Assembly (NCBI GenBank): GCA_029558955.1
Contig: JAKQCW010000180.1
Span: forward strand, 1,759-65,758
DNA from: Chloroflexota bacterium
GTDB taxonomy: Bacteria > Chloroflexota > Anaerolineae > JAAEKA01
Reading direction: 5' to 3'
Length of the DNA: 64,000 nt
Shown: piece by piece, positions 35,464 through 45,461 of the stretch
Numbering within the stretch: position 1 is the stretch's first letter
Layout of the letters: the number at the start of each line of letters is the position of its first letter
Made by a program: the position numbers and the translations under genes
The notes under the pieces: generated by a model
What the model was told of the DNA's origin: nothing
Databases searched by the model: none
What the model saw: the letters and a program-made list of their open reading frames with translations, nothing else

Positions 35464-36699
35464 ATGCCCAGCAAGAAACTCGGTCTGTTGATCGGTGCAG
35501 AGGAAGAAGACTGGCCCAGCGCGCTGGAGGCCATGTATCGGCGTCATGATCCGGTGGCCGCTGTGAACGGCGAGCCGCTGCACATCGCAGTCGAACGGGT
35601 GCGCGTTCACCCCTTCAACCTGCGTGCAGATACCAGCTACGATGTGGTGGTGGACCGGCTGGGCCACTGGCAGCTCAACCCGCGCGAGTGGCTGAAGAAG
35701 GCCGCGCTGTTCAACGGCGTCTACCTGCTCAACAACCCCTTCACCTTCCAGAGCATGGAAAAGCACTCAGCCTACGTCGCCATGATGCGCCTGGGGCTGC
35801 ACGTGCCCAAGACCTGGCTGATCCCGCTCAAAACCTATCCAGACCGGCCAGGCTATCAGGAAACCGCCAGCCGCTACTACGACTGGTTCGACCTGCCCGG
35901 GCTGGCGGCCCATGAGTTCGGCTATCCCCTCTACATGAAACCTTTCGACGGCGGCGGCTGGCGCGGGGTCAGCCGCATCGACAGCGAATGGGAGCTGATG
36001 CGGGCCTACGACGCCTCGGGCCAGACCATGATGCACCTGCAGGCCGCGCTGGAGGGCTTCGATGTCTTCGTGCGCGCCCTGGGCATCGGCCCGCAGATCC
36101 GCCCCATGCATTATGACCCCAGCCAGCCGCTGCACATGCGCTACGTCATCGACCAGGACTTCCTCAGCCCGGAGAAGCAGCAGGAGATCATCCGCATCAC
36201 CAAGGTGATCAATGCCTTCTTCCGCTGGGAGATCAACTCCTGCGAGGCGATTCTGAAAGATGGCCTGTTGCAGCCCATCGACTACGCCAACGCCTGCCCG
36301 GACATGCACCTGTTCAGCCTGAACGTCAACTTCCCTTGGGCGGTCAAGTCGCTGCTGGCCTGGACCAGCTTCTGCCTGGCCACTGATCGGCGCATGCGGC
36401 TGGACATGAACACCCACGACTACTTCGCCATCGCCGACTCCGAGCGCAGCTACGACGAGAAGCTGATCGCCTACGAGGAGCTGGCCGACGCCTACTTCGA
36501 GACCGAGCGCTTCCAGGAATTCCGCACCCAGCAGCTCGGCTGGCTGGACGAGGCCATGTGGGAATTCGTGCAGACGCCGGAGTTCGACGGCATCCTGCAA
36601 GGGATCGTGCGCGCCAAATTCCCGCCGCACGAGCACGAGCAGTTCTTCGCACACTACCGCGGGATCATGCGCTACTGGGTTGAGAACAACAAGAGCTAA
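35464..36699 (+). CDS. ATP-grasp (RimK/glutathione synthetase-like) ligase, paralogue 1
   Basis: YLLNNPF, YPLYMKPFDGGGWRGV, MHLQ, INSCE, IDYANACPD. Confidence 0.82.
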   Translation: MPSKKLGLLIGAEEEDWPSALEAMYRRHDPVAAVNGEPLHIAVERVRVHPFNLRADTSYDVVVDRLGHWQLNPREWLKKAALFNGVYLLNNPFTFQSMEKHSAYVAMMRLGLHVPKTWLIPLKTYPDRPGYQETASRYYDWFDLPGLAAHEFGYPLYMKPFDGGGWRGVSRIDSEWELMRAYDASGQTMMHLQAALEGFDVFVRALGIGPQIRPMHYDPSQPLHMRYVIDQDFLSPEKQQEIIRITKVINAFFRWEINSCEAILKDGLLQPIDYANACPDMHLFSLNVNFPWAVKSLLAWTSFCLATDRRMRLDMNTHDYFAIADSERSYDEKLIAYEELADAYFETERFQEFRTQQLGWLDEAMWEFVQTPEFDGILQGIVRAKFPPHEHEQFFAHYRGIMRYWVENNKS

Positions 36700-36778
36700 C
36701 ACGTAACTCGTAACCCGGAAAGGGTTCGTCTGGGAGAGGCGTTTCCGGTTACGTGTTACGAGTTACGAGTTACGTGTC
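36700..36778. repeat. Heptamer-arm palindrome
   Basis: ACGTAACTCGTAACCCGGAA...TTCCGGTTACGTGTTACGAGTTACGAG. Confidence 0.8.
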
Positions 36779-36800
36779 ACCTCCGCAAGGATAGCCTCCC

Positions 36801-38030
36801 ATGAACACCAAAAAGATCGGCCTTTTGCTCAGCGACGAAGACGACTGGCCCGTGGCGTTCGAGCAGTTGCACCGCCGGCTGGCGCCGCGGCTGAACCTGC
36901 GCGGCGGCGCGCTGACGACCGAGGTAGAGCGGGTGCGCATCCATCCGTTCAACCTGCGCGCCCCCACCTCCTACGACCTGGTAATCGATCGCCTGGCCTA
37001 CTGGCATTTCCACCCGCGCGAATGGCTGAAAAAGGCCGCGTTGGTCAACGGGGTCTACCTGCTGAACAACCCCTTCACCTTCCAGAGCATGGAAAAGCAC
37101 TCGGCCTATTGTGCGATGATCCGGCTGGGGCTGCCCATCCCTGACACCTGGCTGATCCCCACCAAGCAAGGCCCCGACACGGAGAAGTTCCGCCGCACCG
37201 CCAGCCGCTACCATGACTGGTTCGATCTGCCCGGCATCGCCCATCAGATCGGCTATCCGCTCTACATGAAGCCCTTCGACGGCGGCGGCTGGCGCGGGGT
37301 CAGCCGCGTGGGCAACGACTGGGAGCTGATGGCGGCCTATGACGCCTCCAGCCAGACCATGATGCACCTGCAGCGCGGGCTGGAGAACTTCGACATCTTC
37401 GTGCGCGCCCTGGCCATCGGCCCCCAGGTCAACATCTTCCACTACGACCCGATCCGGCCGATGCACGACCGCTACCAGGTGGACAGCAATTTCCTCACGC
37501 CGGAGCATGCGGCCGAGGCCACCGCCGTGGTCAAGACCATCAACGCCTTCTTCCGCTGGGAATTCAACTCCTGCGAGTCGATCCTGAAAGATGGCATCTT
37601 GCAGCCCATCGACTTCGCCAATGCCTGCCCGGACGTGGCCATCATCAGCCTGCACTACTACTTCCCCTGGGCCATCAAGTCGCTGCTGGCCTGGAGCCTC
37701 TTCTGCGTGGCCAACGACCGGCCCATGCGGCTGGACATGAACACCCACGACTTCCTGGCCGTCGCCGATTCGGAGCGCAGCTACCCGGAAAAGCTGGCCG
37801 CCTACGAGGCGCTGGCCGACGCCTACTTCGACACCGAGCGCTTCACCGAGTTCCGCGCCGCCGAGCTCAGCCACCTGGACCAGGTGATGTGGGAGCTGGC
37901 CCAGGCGCAGGAATTCGACGACATGTTGGTACACAACGTGCGCCTGATCTTCCCGCCGCACGAACATGAGCAGTTCATCGCCCATTTCCGCGGCCTGATC
38001 GCGGCCTGGGTCCAGGCCGAAGCGCGCTGA
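36801..38030 (+). CDS. ATP-grasp ligase, paralogue 2
   Basis: Shares long identical blocks with paralogue 1 (YLLNNPFTFQSMEKHSAY, YPLYMKPFDGGGWRGVSR). Confidence 0.82.
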   Translation: MNTKKIGLLLSDEDDWPVAFEQLHRRLAPRLNLRGGALTTEVERVRIHPFNLRAPTSYDLVIDRLAYWHFHPREWLKKAALVNGVYLLNNPFTFQSMEKHSAYCAMIRLGLPIPDTWLIPTKQGPDTEKFRRTASRYHDWFDLPGIAHQIGYPLYMKPFDGGGWRGVSRVGNDWELMAAYDASSQTMMHLQRGLENFDIFVRALAIGPQVNIFHYDPIRPMHDRYQVDSNFLTPEHAAEATAVVKTINAFFRWEFNSCESILKDGILQPIDFANACPDVAIISLHYYFPWAIKSLLAWSLFCVANDRPMRLDMNTHDFLAVADSERSYPEKLAAYEALADAYFDTERFTEFRAAELSHLDQVMWELAQAQEFDDMLVHNVRLIFPPHEHEQFIAHFRGLIAAWVQAEAR

Positions 38031-38037
38031 GCCCATC

Positions 38038-38159
38038 CAGCAATTCCAAACATGGCGAGGAGTCGAGACTTTAGCCGGGTCTGGCCGACGTGAGTCGAGC
38101 GTGCCGACCCGCCTGAAGGCTCGACTCCAGCTTAGCAGGCATCATATTTGGAACTGCTG
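38038..38159. mobile_element. Second, diverged MITE copy (122 bp)
   Basis: TIRs CAGCAATTCCAAACATG and CATATTTGGAACTGCTG (2 mismatches). Flanks GAGCCCATC / GAGCTCACC match 7/9. Confidence 0.75.
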
Positions 38160-38187
38160 GAGCTCACCGACCACTCGCTCTGCCCAC

Positions 38188-38256
38188 CGCGCTCTGGCCG
38201 GTCTCCGACCGAGCCAGCCCGGCCGCGCTCTGGCCGGTCTCCGACCGAGCCAGCCC
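38188..38256. repeat. REP-like family B, 2 x 36 bp
   Basis: GCTCTGGCCGGTCTCCGACCGAGCCAGCCC twice. Confidence 0.8.
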
Positions 38257-38312
38257 AAGCCAGACATGGAACACCGCCGCCCCGCGCCACGTTACCTACG
38301 TGATGTGACAGC

Positions 38313-38699
38313 ATGAACACCAACCACCCGCAACCCCAGCAAACAACCCGCGCTCGCCGCCGACCGCCGGCCCTGCGCCGCGAGGCGCTGCTGCTGGCCG
38401 GCCTGGCCGCCATCGCCCTGGTCATCGCCTGGATGCTGACCGCCGGCGGCGCGGCCCAGGCGGGGCCGTTGGCGCAAGACTCGCCGCTGACGCCTCCTCA
38501 GGAGCAACTGTCGCCGCTGGCCACCGCTGCGCCCTCCTTGGAGCCAGCCCAGCCAACGCCGGCAGCCACAGCCACGCCACAGCCGCCGGCTGCCCCACCC
38601 ACGCCCGCCGGACAGCCTCCCATTCCCATCGGGGTGTTGGCCGGCGTCATGGTCGTCCTAGGCATCGCGGCCCTCGTCATCGGGCTGCGAAGGCGATAA
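38313..38699 (+). CDS. Small Pro/Ala/Thr-rich exported protein with C-terminal TM anchor
   Basis: N-terminal hydrophobic signal, QDSPLTPP..SPL linker, C-terminal TM then RRR. Confidence 0.72.
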   Translation: MNTNHPQPQQTTRARRRPPALRREALLLAGLAAIALVIAWMLTAGGAAQAGPLAQDSPLTPPQEQLSPLATAAPSLEPAQPTPAATATPQPPAAPPTPAGQPPIPIGVLAGVMVVLGIAALVIGLRRR

Positions 38700-38712
38700 A
38701 GGAAACGATTCA

Positions 38713-39546
38713 GTGCCAGAACGTATCAGGTCCGCACGCAAACCTCGGCTCACCCGCGAGTCGCTGGTGCTGATCGCGCTGCTGTTGATCGCCATTGCCG
38801 CCGGCCTGGCGCTGGTTCCGCGCGGCGGAATTGCCCTGGCCGACCCGCTCTTCCAATCGCCGGCCACCAACACCCCTGACCCCAACACACCGCAGCAGAC
38901 GCCCACCCCCACCGGGACGCCAGCCTTCACTGACACCCCGACGCTGACGCCGACGCCCAGCGAGACCCCTTCCGACACGCCCAGTGCGACGCCGACCAGC
39001 CTGGTCTTGCCCACCGACACCGCCACCCCGCCGCCCACCGACACCCCCTTCACGCCGCCCACCGAGCCGCCGGTCCTGCCATCTACCGACACGCCGGCCC
39101 CCGCGCGGCAAGATCCCCTGTTGATTTCGCCGGTGGACACCCCCACGACCACGCCTCCCCTGGCGGCGCCGGCGCTGGAGCTGAGCCAGCCCATCACCCT
39201 CCCGCTGGCGGCCGACGCCGCGCCCGAACAGAGAGCCGCCGTTCAGGAGGAGGCCGCACGCCGCCGCCTGGACCTGGCCCTCTTCATCGACAACATGGTG
39301 ATCGCCTTCGGCTACGTCTGGATGTGCTTCGGCCTGTTGACGCTGATCGGCGCGGCGCTGGGCGGTTTCTTGTTCTGGCAGCGACGGCGACGGCCGCCCG
39401 CCCAACCTGCGCCCGACCCCGGCGCGGGCTCTGCCCCCAGGTCGGCCGCGCCCGCAGCGCCTCCGCCCCCCGCGCCCCCTCCACTCCCACCGCCCACCCG
39501 CGTGGCGGCGCGCCGCACCCCCCCGCCGCCCAAGGACCTTGACTAG
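38713..39546 (+). CDS. Pro/Thr-rich membrane-anchored protein
   Basis: Signal peptide, long TP/TDTP repeats, TM near the C-terminus, poly-Pro cytoplasmic tail. Confidence 0.75.
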   Translation: MPERIRSARKPRLTRESLVLIALLLIAIAAGLALVPRGGIALADPLFQSPATNTPDPNTPQQTPTPTGTPAFTDTPTLTPTPSETPSDTPSATPTSLVLPTDTATPPPTDTPFTPPTEPPVLPSTDTPAPARQDPLLISPVDTPTTTPPLAAPALELSQPITLPLAADAAPEQRAAVQEEAARRRLDLALFIDNMVIAFGYVWMCFGLLTLIGAALGGFLFWQRRRRPPAQPAPDPGAGSAPRSAAPAAPPPPAPPPLPPPTRVAARRTPPPPKDLD

Positions 39547-41059
39547 CCGGGCCGCAGGGGCAGGGCGCCCGGAGCGCTGGACGCTGGCCCTGCTCAGCCT
39601 GCTGGCCTTTGGCTGGAGGGTGGCCGGCCTTGGCAGCCAGAGCCTGTGGCGGGACGAGGTTGACGCCATCCTCTTTGCCAGCCGGCCGCTGCCGGAGCTG
39701 CTGGCCACCTTCAGCCGTCCCGGGGAGAACGGCCCCCTCTTCTTCGCCCTGCTCAGCCCCTGGCTGGCGGTTCTGGGGAGCAGCGAGTTTGCCCTGCGCT
39801 TTCAGGCCGCGCTGGCCGGCGTGCTGGCCGTGCCGCTGACCTATGCCCTGGCCCGGCGGCTGCTGGCAACGGCCGGCCAGGGCGAGCTGCGCTATGCCGC
39901 CGGGCTTACCCTGGGCAATGTCCCCCTGCTGGCCGCGCTGCTGGTCACGGTCAACCCCTACCTGGTCTGGTACAGCCAGGAGGGCAAGATGTACGCCTGG
40001 CTGGTCGTCCTGGCGTTGGCGCTGTTGCTGGCCTTTCTGGCCGCCTTGCAGCGGGGAGGCTGGCTGCGCTGGCTGCTCTACCTGGCGCTGCTGGCCGTGG
40101 CCGCGCTGCTCCACGTCTGGGCGGTCCTGCTGATCCCCATCTGCGCGGCCTGGCTGGCGCTGCTGTGGCCCGACTATCGACGGCGCTGGCTGCCCTTTCT
40201 GCTCACCCTGGCCATCCCCGCCCTGCCCTATTTTGCGCTGGTGGGCTGGTGGCAGTTGCGCCTGTTCACCACGGAGGAGTTCCAGACCGGGCACCCGTTC
40301 GTGACGCTGCCTGCCATGATCGCCAACCTGGCCACCGCCTTCAGCCGCGGCGTGGCCGTCAACCCTGACCGCTGGATCGTGGCCGGGCTGGTTTTCCTGC
40401 TGTTGACCGGCAGCGTGTTGGGAGGAAAAGCTATGGCCGGCGCCGGATCGCCCTATGCCTGGCGCCGCCTGCGCGTGAATGCCATGCTGCTGGCCTGGCT
40501 GGCGCTGCCTCCCCTGCTGCTCTACCTGATCTCGCTGAGCAAGCCGCTCTACACCGATCGTTATGTCATCTGGATCGCGCCCGCCCTGCTGCTCCTGCTG
40601 GCCCAGGGGGTGGCCGCGCTGCGCCTCATGGCGCGGCCGCTGGGCTGGATCGCGCTGAGCGCCCTGCTGGCGGCCGGCCTGCTGGCCGGCTGGCGTCAGA
40701 TGCAGACCCCCATCAAGTCCGATTTTCGCGCGGCCGCGGCCTATGTCGAGTCACGCCGCCAGCCCGGCGATCTGCTCCTGTTCCAGATGCCCTACAACCG
40801 CATCGTCTACGAGTATTACGCCGGCCCGCAGACGGCTGGCATAGAGGGTCGCTACACGAACAGCGGCAACCCAAAGACGCAGGTGGACGAAGAAATGCGC
40901 CGCGCCGTGGGCGCCACGCCGGCCATCTGGCTGATCGCATCCGAGGAAGAGACGTGGGATAGCCGCCGGCTGGTGCGCCAATGGCTGGAAGCACGCGGCC
41001 AGGCGACCGATCAGGCGGATTTCGCGCGGGTGGAGGTGGTTCGCTATGCGATACCGTGA
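39539..41059 (+). CDS. GT-C / GT39 (PMT-like) glycosyltransferase
   Basis: QSLWRDE, SEFALR, WYSQEGKMY, DRYVI. TTG start overlaps the upstream stop. Confidence 0.85.
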   Translation: MTSRAAGAGRPERWTLALLSLLAFGWRVAGLGSQSLWRDEVDAILFASRPLPELLATFSRPGENGPLFFALLSPWLAVLGSSEFALRFQAALAGVLAVPLTYALARRLLATAGQGELRYAAGLTLGNVPLLAALLVTVNPYLVWYSQEGKMYAWLVVLALALLLAFLAALQRGGWLRWLLYLALLAVAALLHVWAVLLIPICAAWLALLWPDYRRRWLPFLLTLAIPALPYFALVGWWQLRLFTTEEFQTGHPFVTLPAMIANLATAFSRGVAVNPDRWIVAGLVFLLLTGSVLGGKAMAGAGSPYAWRRLRVNAMLLAWLALPPLLLYLISLSKPLYTDRYVIWIAPALLLLLAQGVAALRLMARPLGWIALSALLAAGLLAGWRQMQTPIKSDFRAAAAYVESRRQPGDLLLFQMPYNRIVYEYYAGPQTAGIEGRYTNSGNPKTQVDEEMRRAVGATPAIWLIASEEETWDSRRLVRQWLEARGQATDQADFARVEVVRYAIP

Positions 41060-41088
41060 GGGACCGGCGTTCAACCAGTCCGCTGAGG

Positions 41089-44000
41089 TCACAGTTGCGC
41101 CGCGCGCAGGGCGCGTAGGGTGCGCTCCAGCGCCTCCGGCCAGCCCTCGCCGATGGGCAGCCAGATCGCACGGCGGGCAACGCGCGCGTCGTCGCCGATG
41201 CGCGCCTGCAGGCGCTGGCGGTCCACCTGCTCCAGATCGTCGCTTTTCAACACCAACTGCCCGCTGTCGTGGCCGATGGCCGTGACGCCGGCCGTCAAGG
41301 CCAACAGCTTGATGCGCACCTGGTAGAACAGGTTCTGCACCTCCTCAGGCAGCGGGCCAAAGCGATCGACCAGCTCCTCGGCCAGCGCCTCCAGAGCGGC
41401 CGTGTCGGTGACGCCGGCGATGCGCCGGTAGAGCCGCAGCCGCAGCGCCCGTTCAGCCACATATTCCTCCGGAAGCAGCGCCCGCAGCGGCAGGTCCAGC
41501 GTCACGGCCGGCGCCAGCGGATCCTCGAAGCTGACCGCGTCGGAACGCGCCGCGGCGGACGTCGACCGGCGAACGGTCGAGACTCGCTCATCGGCCTCCC
41601 CGTCGTTCTCCATCTCCGCATCTCCCCATCTCCCTCTCTCCCCTGCCTTCCTCCGCCCCTCGCCCCGCTTCATCTCCTCCACTGACTTGGCCAGCAGCCG
41701 GCAGTAGAGGTCAAAGCCCACCGCGGCGATGTGGCCATGCTGTTGGCGGCCCAGCAGCTCGCCCGCGCCGCGGATCTCCAGATCGCGCATGGCGATGCGG
41801 AAGCCCGCGCCCAGCTCGCTGGCCTCTTGCAGCGCGGTCAGCCGCTCGCGCGCGATGGGGGTCAGCGTCTGGTGGCGCTCATAGAGCAGATAGGCATAGG
41901 CGCGCACCGCAGCCCGGCCGACGCGGCCGCGCAGTTGATAGAGCTGGGCCAGACCGAACTTGTCGGCGCGGTTGATGATGATGGTGTTGGCGTTGGGGAT
42001 GTCCAGGCCGCTCTCGATGATGGTGGTGCAGACCAGCACGTTGAACTGCCCCTCGGCGAAGGCCAGCATCACCCGCTCCAGCTCCCGCTCCGGCATCTGG
42101 CCATGCGCGATGCCATAGGTGGCCTCGGGGATGAGCCGCTCCAGCCGATGGGCGACCTGGCTGATGCCGCGCACCCGGTTGTGGACGAAGAAGACCTGGC
42201 CGCCGCGGTCGATCTCGCGCAGGATGGCCTGGCGGATCAGCGTCTCGTCATACTCGCCGATGGTGGTCTGGATCGGCAGGCGCTCCTCAGGCGGCGTCTC
42301 GATGGTGCTCAGATCGCGCACGCCGGTCATGCTCATGTGCAGGGTGCGCGGGATGGGGGTGGCGGTCAGGGTCAGCACATCCACGGTCTGACGCATCTGC
42401 TTGATGCGCTCCTTGTGGGTCACGCCGAAACGCTGCTCCTCGTCCACGACCAACAGGCCCAGGTCCTTGAACACCACATCCTTGGAGAGCAGGCGGTGGG
42501 TGCCGATGACGATGTCCACGCCGCCCTTGGCCAGGCGGTCGACCACCTGGGTCTGCTGGGCGGCGGTGCGGAAGCGGCTGAGCATCTCCACGGTGACCGG
42601 AAAAGCGGCCAGCCGGCGGCTGAAGGTCTGGAAATGTTGCTGGGCCAGCACGGTGGTGGGGGTCAGCACGGCCACCTGCTTGCCATCCATCACCGCCTTG
42701 AAGGCCGAACGCAGCGCCACCTCGGTCTTGCCATAGCCCACATCGCCGCAGATCAGCCGGTCCATGGGCTGGCTGGACTCCATGTCGTGCTTGACCGCCT
42801 CGATGGCCACCAGTTGATCTGGGGTCTCCTCGTAGGGGAAGGCCGCCTCCATCTCGAGCTGCCAGGCGCCGTCGGCTGAAAAAGCGTGGCCCTCGGCCGC
42901 CTCGCGCGCCGCGTAGAGCTGCAACAGGTCGCCGGCGATGTCGTCCACCGCCTTCTTGGTCTGCTTCTTGACCCGTTCCCAGTCGGCGGCGCCCAGGCGG
43001 TGCAGAATGGGCGTCGCCTGCTCGCCGGCCCCCACATAGCGGCTGAGCCGGTCGGCCTGATGCACCGGCACGAAAAGCCGGTCGCCCATGGCGTAGTCGA
43101 TCTGCAAATACTCCCGCGGGCCGCCTCCCTCCTGATCGAGGCTGACCAGGCCGGCGAACTGGCCGATGCCATGCTCCATGTGTACCACGTAGTCACCGGG
43201 GCTGACATCGGCGAAAAAGGCCTCCGGCGCCATGGCGCGCGGCCGCTGCACCCGCCGCTGGCTGGGCTTGGTCCAGCCGAAGAGCTCCGCGTCGCTGTAA
43301 AGCAAGAAAGAGTGGAAAGAGGACTGACGGTCCTGGTCAACCGCGCGTTCAGGACCGTCAGTCCTGTCCGCCAGCCCGCGCAGCACCCAACCCTCGTTCA
43401 GCACCCCTTTGACCAGATGCACGGCGTGCGGGGCAGGGACGGCGAGGATGCTCTCCTCCACGGTCAGCGGCCGGTCAGCCTCCTCCTGGAAGATCTCGCT
43501 CAAGCGCGGGGCCTGGCGGGTGATCATTGCCACCCGCTGGCCTTGCTGAAGCTGCTTCTCCACCTCGGCCACGATCTGCTTGACCTGGCCGCCGAAGCGG
43601 GGGCCGGGGACGAAATGGCGCGCCAGGGGCGATCCGGCCGGCGCGTTGCGCCCCTCCAGGTCGCCGTAGCCCAGCAGCAGCGGCCCGCGCGCCAGCAGCG
43701 GCGCCTTGAGCTCCTGCCAGACAAAGTGCGGCGCCAGCGGGTTAGTCGGCAGATCGCCGCCGGTGATCAGGTCACGCTGGGTCTGACCGGCCTGCGCCTC
43801 CAGCTCCATGGCCAACACCATCAGATCCGCGCCGTCGTCCACCAGAACCAGCGCGTCGGGGGGCAGATAGTCCAGCAGGCTGGCCGGCTGGGAGTAGAGA
43901 TAGGGGATGTACCACTCCTGGCCGCGGAAGCCGGTCCCATCCAGCAGTTGGCGGCGCTGTTCATCCAGCTCGAAGCGGGCCGGCGGATGCAGCGACGACC

Positions 44001-44820
44001 GGTCCAGGGCCTCCAGCAGCTCCTGGCTGGCCGCGCCGTAGCGGGGCATGGCCTCGCTGGCCGGCCCTACCAGCACCTCGCGCAGGCCGCGCGTGTCGGG
44101 CAGGGTGCGTTGGGTGGCGGGGTCGAAGTGGCGCAGGCTGTCGATCTCGTCGCCAAAGAGCTCGATGCGCACCGGCCAGGGCAGGTTGGGCGGCCAGATA
44201 TCGACGATGCCGCCCCGCCGCGAGAGCTGGCCCACCTCTTCCACCACGGCGTCGCTGCGGTAGCCCAGCCCCAGCCAGCGCAGGATCTGCTGTTGCAGAT
44301 CGACCATCTGGCCGACGCGCAGGGTCTTCAAGGCCAGGCGCAGCTCGCGCGGCGGCAGGGTTTTCTGCATCAGACTGCGCGCCGAGGCGACCACCAGCAA
44401 GGGGCCGCTGCCGGCGCCCAACTGCGCCAGTGCGGTCAAGGCGCCGAGCCGCGCCTGCCGCGTCTCGCGCGACCAGGGCACCCGCTCATAGGGCAACGAA
44501 TCGGGATCGGCGAAATAGTGCAGCGGCGTCCGTTCAGCGCTCCCCACCTGGCCCGCTGCTGCCGCGGCCGGGTTCGATGCCTCCCCCGACGGCAGCCAAA
44601 CCTGCAGCTCATCGCAAACCTGGCGCGCGTGCTCGCTGCGCGCCACCAGATAGAGCATGGGCCGCTCCAGGCTCAGCGCCAGGCTGGCCGCGACAAAGGC
44701 CCGCGCCGCGCCATAGAGCGCCAACGGCGCGCGGTCATGCTGCCCGGCCCGCGCTTCATCCAGAAAGCGACGCCAGGCCGGCAGCTCGACGAGAAGTTGG
44801 GTCAGTCCAGAGAGATTCAA
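41089..44820 (-). CDS. mfd: Transcription-repair coupling factor
   Basis: CarD-like [59 protein letters not shown]-terminus. Confidence 0.97.
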   Translation of the reverse strand: MNLSGLTQLLVELPAWRRFLDEARAGQHDRAPLALYGAARAFVAASLALSLERPMLYLVARSEHARQVCDELQVWLPSGEASNPAAAAAGQVGSAERTPLHYFADPDSLPYERVPWSRETRQARLGALTALAQLGAGSGPLLVVASARSLMQKTLPPRELRLALKTLRVGQMVDLQQQILRWLGLGYRSDAVVEEVGQLSRRGGIVDIWPPNLPWPVRIELFGDEIDSLRHFDPATQRTLPDTRGLREVLVGPASEAMPRYGAASQELLEALDRSSLHPPARFELDEQRRQLLDGTGFRGQEWYIPYLYSQPASLLDYLPPDALVLVDDGADLMVLAMELEAQAGQTQRDLITGGDLPTNPLAPHFVWQELKAPLLARGPLLLGYGDLEGRNAPAGSPLARHFVPGPRFGGQVKQIVAEVEKQLQQGQRVAMITRQAPRLSEIFQEEADRPLTVEESILAVPAPHAVHLVKGVLNEGWVLRGLADRTDGPERAVDQDRQSSFHSFLLYSDAELFGWTKPSQRRVQRPRAMAPEAFFADVSPGDYVVHMEHGIGQFAGLVSLDQEGGGPREYLQIDYAMGDRLFVPVHQADRLSRYVGAGEQATPILHRLGAADWERVKKQTKKAVDDIAGDLLQLYAAREAAEGHAFSADGAWQLEMEAAFPYEETPDQLVAIEAVKHDMESSQPMDRLICGDVGYGKTEVALRSAFKAVMDGKQVAVLTPTTVLAQQHFQTFSRRLAAFPVTVEMLSRFRTAAQQTQVVDRLAKGGVDIVIGTHRLLSKDVVFKDLGLLVVDEEQRFGVTHKERIKQMRQTVDVLTLTATPIPRTLHMSMTGVRDLSTIETPPEERLPIQTTIGEYDETLIRQAILREIDRGGQVFFVHNRVRGISQVAHRLERLIPEATYGIAHGQMPERELERVMLAFAEGQFNVLVCTTIIESGLDIPNANTIIINRADKFGLAQLYQLRGRVGRAAVRAYAYLLYERHQTLTPIARERLTALQEASELGAGFRIAMRDLEIRGAGELLGRQQHGHIAAVGFDLYCRLLAKSVEEMKRGEGRRKAGERGRWGDAEMENDGEADERVSTVRRSTSAAARSDAVSFEDPLAPAVTLDLPLRALLPEEYVAERALRLRLYRRIAGVTDTAALEALAEELVDRFGPLPEEVQNLFYQVRIKLLALTAGVTAIGHDSGQLVLKSDDLEQVDRQRLQARIGDDARVARRAIWLPIGEGWPEALERTLRALRAAQL
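43320..43365. repeat. Palindromic AGGACTGAC element inside mfd
   Basis: Perfect 16-bp inverted repeat AGGACTGACGGTCCTG/CAGGACCGTCAGTCCT with a 14-nt loop. Confidence 0.8.
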
Positions 44821-45461
44821 GGGGCCTCAGCATTGAACGCATTCATGGCCGACGTGATGCCGTGCGCCAGCCAGTGCTGACAGGCGTCGGCGGCGCGCTC
44901 ACGGCTGTGGGCCATGAGCTCTTCCTGCGAGGGGGAGAAATTCTGCAAGACGTAGTCGGCCGGATCCATGCGGCCCGGCGGCCGGTCGATGCCGACGCGC
45001 AGGCGGGCAAAATCGCCGCCCCCCAGCGCGCCGATCAACGACTTCATGCCGTTGTGGCCGCCCGAACCGCCCGAGGCCCGCAGCCGCAAGATGCCCAACG
45101 GCAGGTCCAGATCGTCGTAGATCACCAGCAGATCGGCCGGCGCGACCTTGTAGTAGCTCAAGAGCGCCTGCACGCTGGGCCCCACCAGGTTCATGAAGGT
45201 TTGCGGCTTGGCCAGGAGGACGCGCTGCGGCCGAAAGACCGGCCGATCGAGGAGGGGCGCGTCCGGCGCGGCCGATAGCGCCGCCTGCTCCACGCCCACC
45301 TGCACGTTGATGAAGCCCAGCGCGACCTTGGCCTTGCCCTGCTTGGCGTCGAAACGCAGGCCATGGCGCGCGGCCAGCAGATCGACGATCTGAAAGCCGA
45401 CGTTATGTCGATTATGTTGATACTGCGTGCCCGGATTGCCCAGGCCGGCAATCACTTTCAC
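44817..45461 (-). CDS. pth: Peptidyl-tRNA hydrolase
   Basis: VIAGLGNPG..RHNVGF, KPQTFMN, YDDLDL, GGHNGMKS. GTG 45461 overlaps the upstream stop. Confidence 0.96.
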   Translation of the reverse strand: MKVIAGLGNPGTQYQHNRHNVGFQIVDLLAARHGLRFDAKQGKAKVALGFINVQVGVEQAALSAAPDAPLLDRPVFRPQRVLLAKPQTFMNLVGPSVQALLSYYKVAPADLLVIYDDLDLPLGILRLRASGGSGGHNGMKSLIGALGGGDFARLRVGIDRPPGRMDPADYVLQNFSPSQEELMAHSRERAADACQHWLAHGITSAMNAFNAEAP

